Assembly (NCBI GenBank): GCA_965228735.1 | Contig: OZ245838.1 | Span: 1,056,001-1,120,000, forward strand | Length of the DNA stretch: 64,000 nucleotides | Direction of reading: 5' to 3' | Source: Planctomycetota bacterium | GTDB taxonomy: Bacteria; Planctomycetota; UBA1135; UBA2386 | The notes under the pieces: model-generated | Seen by the model: the letters and a program-made list of their open reading frames with translations, nothing else | What the model was told of the DNA's origin: nothing | Databases searched by the model: none | Shown: piece after piece, positions 59,762 through 64,000 of the stretch | Numbering within the stretch: position 1 is the first letter of the stretch | Layout of the letters: each line of letters begins with the position of its first letter | Translations under genes and position numbers: made by a program

Positions 59762-60113
59762 GGTCGGTCGGAGAGGGCGTCGGACCATAGCCAGCGGGCT
59801 GGCTGGGACCCAAGCACCGATTCCCCTTCGTGTAAAGAGACCGTGTCAAAGACTGGCCTCGGTGGATGAAATTCACCGACCCCGCTTGCCAAGGTGACCG
59901 AGGCCTGCGAAGGTCTTGGCGTTCGGATGATGCGTCTCAGGCGCTTTGGTTGGTCTCGCAGCATTTCGCGGATCGATCGGGGAACCCCTGGCTCGCGCTT
60001 TCCCCTGACACAGACTCCTGCCACCAGACAGCGGCTCTGCTCGCGCCAGCACCTCGCCCCCGGGTGTCGGCGTATTCCAAGACACCAAGGGGGTGTGAGA
60101 ACCGACTGAAGCG

Positions 60114-60659
<546 letters not shown>

Positions 60660-60710
60660 CTCGTTCGGTGGGCGCTCACCATCGAGGGCCTACGGACTGA
60701 GAACTCGTTC

Positions 60711-60733
60711 GGGCCCGGGCACCGTCCGGGCCC
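60711..60733. terminator. GC hairpin downstream of the RRM gene
   Basis: GGGCCCGG-GCACCGT-CCGGGCCC, no U tract. Confidence 0.4.
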
Positions 60734-60758
60734 CAAGTGAGACTGGGCCGCCCGGGCG

Positions 60759-60857
60759 ACCGGATCTCACGGGCAACCGGATCTCACGGGCAACCGGATC
60801 TCACGGGCAACCGGATCTCACGGGCAACGGGCTCGTAGCAACCGGGCCTCACGGGCG
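60759..60857. repeat. 17-bp tandem repeat ACCGGATCTCACGGGCA x4 perfect (60759-60826) plus a degenerate copy at 60841-60857
   Basis: Read directly from the sequence; no spacers between units. Confidence 0.92.
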
Positions 60858-60973
60858 ACACTGGCCCGGAGCCGACTCGTTCCATGCCCCAGCGAACGGG
60901 GTGCGTGCCGAGTGCGCCCGCCCTGGTCGCACTCTCGGGTCGCGGGCGCGCGAGCCGGCCCGCGGCGACCCGG

Positions 60974-61144
60974 CTACTGCTTCGGGATGTCCCAGGTCTC
61001 GACGATCGTCGGCATGCCCAGCACGACGGCGAGGCCGAAGAATCCGATCAGGAGGAGGACGCCGAGCACCAGGCCAACGCCCGCGGGCGTGAGTTCCTTG
61101 GGGTCGATCTGGATGAGAGGCTTCTTGTCGTGGTCCGAGGACAT
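60974..61144 (-). CDS. Small 56-aa single-TM membrane protein
   Basis: MSSDHDKKPLIQIDPKELTPAGVGLVLGVLLLIGFFGLAVVLGMPTIVETWDIPKQ; almost all third codon positions are G/C; shorter than any ORF in the track. Confidence 0.7.
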   Translation of the reverse strand: MSSDHDKKPLIQIDPKELTPAGVGLVLGVLLLIGFFGLAVVLGMPTIVETWDIPKQ

Positions 61145-61280
61145 GGGATCGGGAATGGGTTCGCGCGGAAACGTACGCTCCGCGGTGGGGCAACGCGAGG
61201 CCTCGGGTCCGGATTTCGCCCAACTCGGCCGCGCCCCGGCACACGGCCGGAGCCCGCCCCGTCCGAGCTACTGCGGGTGA

Positions 61281-63125
61281 CTACTGCGGGCGATAGCCGA
61301 GCATGTCGTCCAGGGTCCGCTTCGACACCGCGTGGTAGCGCGGCCGCGCCCGTTCGTAGACGGCGAGCGCGCGGGTCTTGCCGTCCTCGGCGGCGAGCAG
61401 GGCGCGGTAGAGCGGCACGAGGAACTTGCGGCGCCCGACGGTCATGAGGAACAGGTCGAGCCGGCGGTCGACCGCGCGGTGGTTGTTGGCGACCGCGACC
61501 TCCAGCCACGCGGCCAGGATCTCGCTGTTCTTGCTGCGCGTGAACTGGAACGCCTCGTCGAGCTCGCCGAGCCTCTCCGGGTCGATCGGTTCGAGGTCGT
61601 TGAGGAAGCGCAGCCACTGCTGGGTCACCCAGCCGTCGGTGCGCAGCTCGGTCGCGTTCGTGCCGGCGCGCAGTCGCGCGAGTTCGGCGTCGACGGCACC
61701 GAAGAGCGAGCTCTCCGGCACGGGCGCATCCGCCGGCAGCCCGGCGGCCTCGACCCAGGCCATCACGTCGACGGGCGCGCTCGCTTCGTGTTTGGCGAGC
61801 AACTCGGCGCGGAAGAACGCGAGGAACTCGGCGGTCGTCACGCTCTCGAACGCGTGCTCGTCGAACCAGCGCCGCAAGAACGCGTCGAGCTGCGCGCGGC
61901 CGTAGACCTGTTCGAGTCGGCGCAGGAACGCGGCGCCCTTGTCGTAGGCCACCGCGGTCATGCCGTCGTCGGGGTTGCGGCCGGTCAGGTCGATGTGCAG
62001 GCGCTGGTCGCCCGGCGGCAGCTCGGCGAGTTCCTCGTCGAGCCCCTGCATGCCGAGCGCGATCTCCATGTTCGCGCGGTCCTGGCCGTAGAGCCGTTCC
62101 ATGATGCGCTGCTCGAGGTAGACGGTGAACCCCTCGTTGAGCCAGAAGTCGCGCCACGTGGCGTTGGTGACGAGATTGCCGGACCAGCTGTGGGCGAGCT
62201 CGTGCGCGACCAGCGCCACGAGGGACTTGTCGCCCGCGAGGATCGTCGGCGTCGCGAACGTGAGGCACGGGTTCTCCATGCCGCCGAACGGGAATGCCGG
62301 CGGCAGCACGAGCAGGTCGTAGCGACCCCAGCGGTAAGGACCGAACAGTTCCTCGCAGGTCTGCACCATCTGCTCCATGTCCTCGAACTCGCGCGCGGCG
62401 CTCGGCAGGACAGCGGGCTCGGCCCAGACCGCGCACCGCTCGCTGATCGCCGCGGACTGCAGGTCGCCGCAAGCCAGGGCGATGAGATAGCTCGGCACGG
62501 GCTTCGTCATCGAGAAGCTCGTGACGTCACCGTCGACCGTGCGTTCTTCGGCGCTCATCACCGTGGTCATGTTGCCCGGCGCGCGCACCCGGCCTTCCCA
62601 GGTCACGCGCACGGCCGGCGAGTCCTGCAGGGGGATCCAGCTGCGCGTCAAGATCGCCTGCCCCTGGGTGAACAGGAACGGCAGCTTGCCGCCGCGCGTC
62701 TGCTCGGGATCGAGCCACTGCATCGCGGCCGCGGTCGGAGCCGTGCGATAGCGAATCGTGACGGTGTCGACGCCGGCCGGCAGGGTCACGCTGAGGCGAC
62801 GGCCGAGGTGGGGGTCCGGCGCGGCGAGATCAAAGGACAGGACCCGACCGTCGGGCGCCGTGATGTCCGCGATGTCGAGGTCCTGGGTGTCGAGCACGAA
62901 CGGCGCCTCGGCGCTCGTGCGCTCGAGGTGATGGGTCACGCTGCCGTGCGCCGTGTGGTTCTCGAAGTCGAGCGTCAGGTCGAGCGCGAGGTGGCGGGTG
63001 CGCACCTCCGCTGGCCGGGCGTAGCTGTGGAGGTCCTGGTCTGCCAACGAACGGTCAGGGGCGTCGGTCATCGTGCAGGCACCGAGGGTGAGGGTTGCGA
63101 CGAGTCCCATTCCGAGGGGCCCCAT
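61281..63125 (-). CDS. M1 family aminopeptidase (leukotriene A4 hydrolase-like), lipoprotein
   Basis: GGMEN, HELAHSWSGN...WLNEGFTVY, YDKG, VGRRKF; lipobox LGAC; start at 63125 or 63110. Confidence 0.93.
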   Translation of the reverse strand: MGPLGMGLVATLTLGACTMTDAPDRSLADQDLHSYARPAEVRTRHLALDLTLDFENHTAHGSVTHHLERTSAEAPFVLDTQDLDIADITAPDGRVLSFDLAAPDPHLGRRLSVTLPAGVDTVTIRYRTAPTAAAMQWLDPEQTRGGKLPFLFTQGQAILTRSWIPLQDSPAVRVTWEGRVRAPGNMTTVMSAEERTVDGDVTSFSMTKPVPSYLIALACGDLQSAAISERCAVWAEPAVLPSAAREFEDMEQMVQTCEELFGPYRWGRYDLLVLPPAFPFGGMENPCLTFATPTILAGDKSLVALVAHELAHSWSGNLVTNATWRDFWLNEGFTVYLEQRIMERLYGQDRANMEIALGMQGLDEELAELPPGDQRLHIDLTGRNPDDGMTAVAYDKGAAFLRRLEQVYGRAQLDAFLRRWFDEHAFESVTTAEFLAFFRAELLAKHEASAPVDVMAWVEAAGLPADAPVPESSLFGAVDAELARLRAGTNATELRTDGWVTQQWLRFLNDLEPIDPERLGELDEAFQFTRSKNSEILAAWLEVAVANNHRAVDRRLDLFLMTVGRRKFLVPLYRALLAAEDGKTRALAVYERARPRYHAVSKRTLDDMLGYRPQ

Positions 63126-63291
63126 TCCGAGGACCGGCGCCCGGAGGGCGGGGCAGCGGGGCGAAGACGGCAGCGAGGCGCTGGGCATGCCCGTTCTTGT
63201 AGCTGCGGGCGCACGATGAGGCTACGACGGCCGGCGCGGGCGGTCTTGTCGGTTGCCCTAGGAAGGGTCGATCGCCACAATCCTCGGCCCA

Positions 63292-64000
63292 ATGTCTTCG
63301 ACCCAGAGCCTGATCCGACTCACCCTGCCCGATGGTTCCGTGCGCGAGTTTCCCGCCGGAACGACGGGGCTCGACGTCGCGAAGTCGATCGGTCCGGGGC
63401 TCGCGAAGGCGGCCGTCGGGATCGAGCTCGACGGCACCGTGCAGAGCCTGCAGCTGCCGATCGACAACTCGGCCGGGATCAAGATCCTCGTCCGTGACAG
63501 CAAGGAAGGGCTCGAGGTCCTGCGGCACTCCGCGGCGCACGTACTCGCGGACGCCGTGAAGCGCATCCGCCCCAAGGCCAAGCTCTGGAAGGGGCCGCCC
63601 GTCGACGATCCGCGTTACGGGTTCTACTACGACATCGACTTCGGCGACGAGCCGATCACCGCGGACGATCTCCCCGAGCTCGAGAAGCTGATGAAGGAGA
63701 TCATCAAGGCCGACGTGCCGTTCGTGCGGGAGGAGCTGATGCGCGACGAAGCGAAGAAGCTCATGACCGAGCACGGCGAGGACTACAAGCTCGCGACGAT
63801 CGACAAGATCCCGGCGGACGAGTCGATCTCGTTCTTCCGGTCCGGGGATTTCGTCGATCTGTGCCGCGGCCCGCACGTCGTCAGCACGGGGCGCATCGGC
63901 GACGGCGTCGCGGTCCTGGCGCTCGCCGGGGCCTACTTCGGCGACGATGCCGGCAACAAGATGCTGACCCGCATCTACGGCCACGCCTTCCCGGACAAGA
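63292..64000 (+). CDS. thrS: Threonine--tRNA ligase, 5' part (runs off the window edge)
   Basis: Hand translation: MSSTQSLIRLTLPDGSVREFPAGTTGLDVAKSIGPGLAKAA (TGS domain), LRHSAAHVLA, GFYYDID, FVDLCRGPHV, MLTRIYG. Confidence 0.95.
   Translation, partial: MSSTQSLIRLTLPDGSVREFPAGTTGLDVAKSIGPGLAKAAVGIELDGTVQSLQLPIDNSAGIKILVRDSKEGLEVLRHSAAHVLADAVKRIRPKAKLWKGPPVDDPRYGFYYDIDFGDEPITADDLPELEKLMKEIIKADVPFVREELMRDEAKKLMTEHGEDYKLATIDKIPADESISFFRSGDFVDLCRGPHVVSTGRIGDGVAVLALAGAYFGDDAGNKMLTRIYGHAFPDK

Noticed and set aside
60759..60857. 17-bp repeat as a CRISPR or guide-RNA array
   Set aside because: Units are directly adjacent with no unique spacers, and there are no cas-like genes in the window.

Overview
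Very GC-rich bacterial chromosomal window. The lineage is probably Planctomycetota, inferred from a DUF1559-style prepilin protein and the style of the many secreted proteins. Core genes: a complete F1Fo ATP synthase operon (atpZ/I-B-E-F-H-A-G-D-C), serA plus a serB-like phosphatase and a class V aminotransferase, mnmA, yajC, yraN, HU, an rlmN-like methyltransferase, aspS and the 5' part of thrS. Interspersed are many signal-peptide proteins (BNR, Kelch, beta-propeller, beta-helix, peptidases), a BlaI/M56 pair with a perfect palindromic operator candidate, a radical SAM-TPR/GT9 pair, and a molybdopterin oxidoreductase separated from its 4Fe-4S/NrfD partner. I saw no tRNA, rRNA, CRISPR array, integrase or transposase. 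Main observations: (1) six secreted proteins with mostly unrelated N-terminal domains share a C-terminal module, a candidate sorting/anchoring domain; (2) Gln follows the predicted signal-peptide cleavage site in most secreted proteins; (3) YraN reads in frame into the priming sugar transferase; (4) short tandem duplications recur just downstream of stop codons; (5) three real genes are missing from the ORF track (1..1063, 60974..61144, 63292..64000). All product calls come from motif recognition by eye, not database searches.
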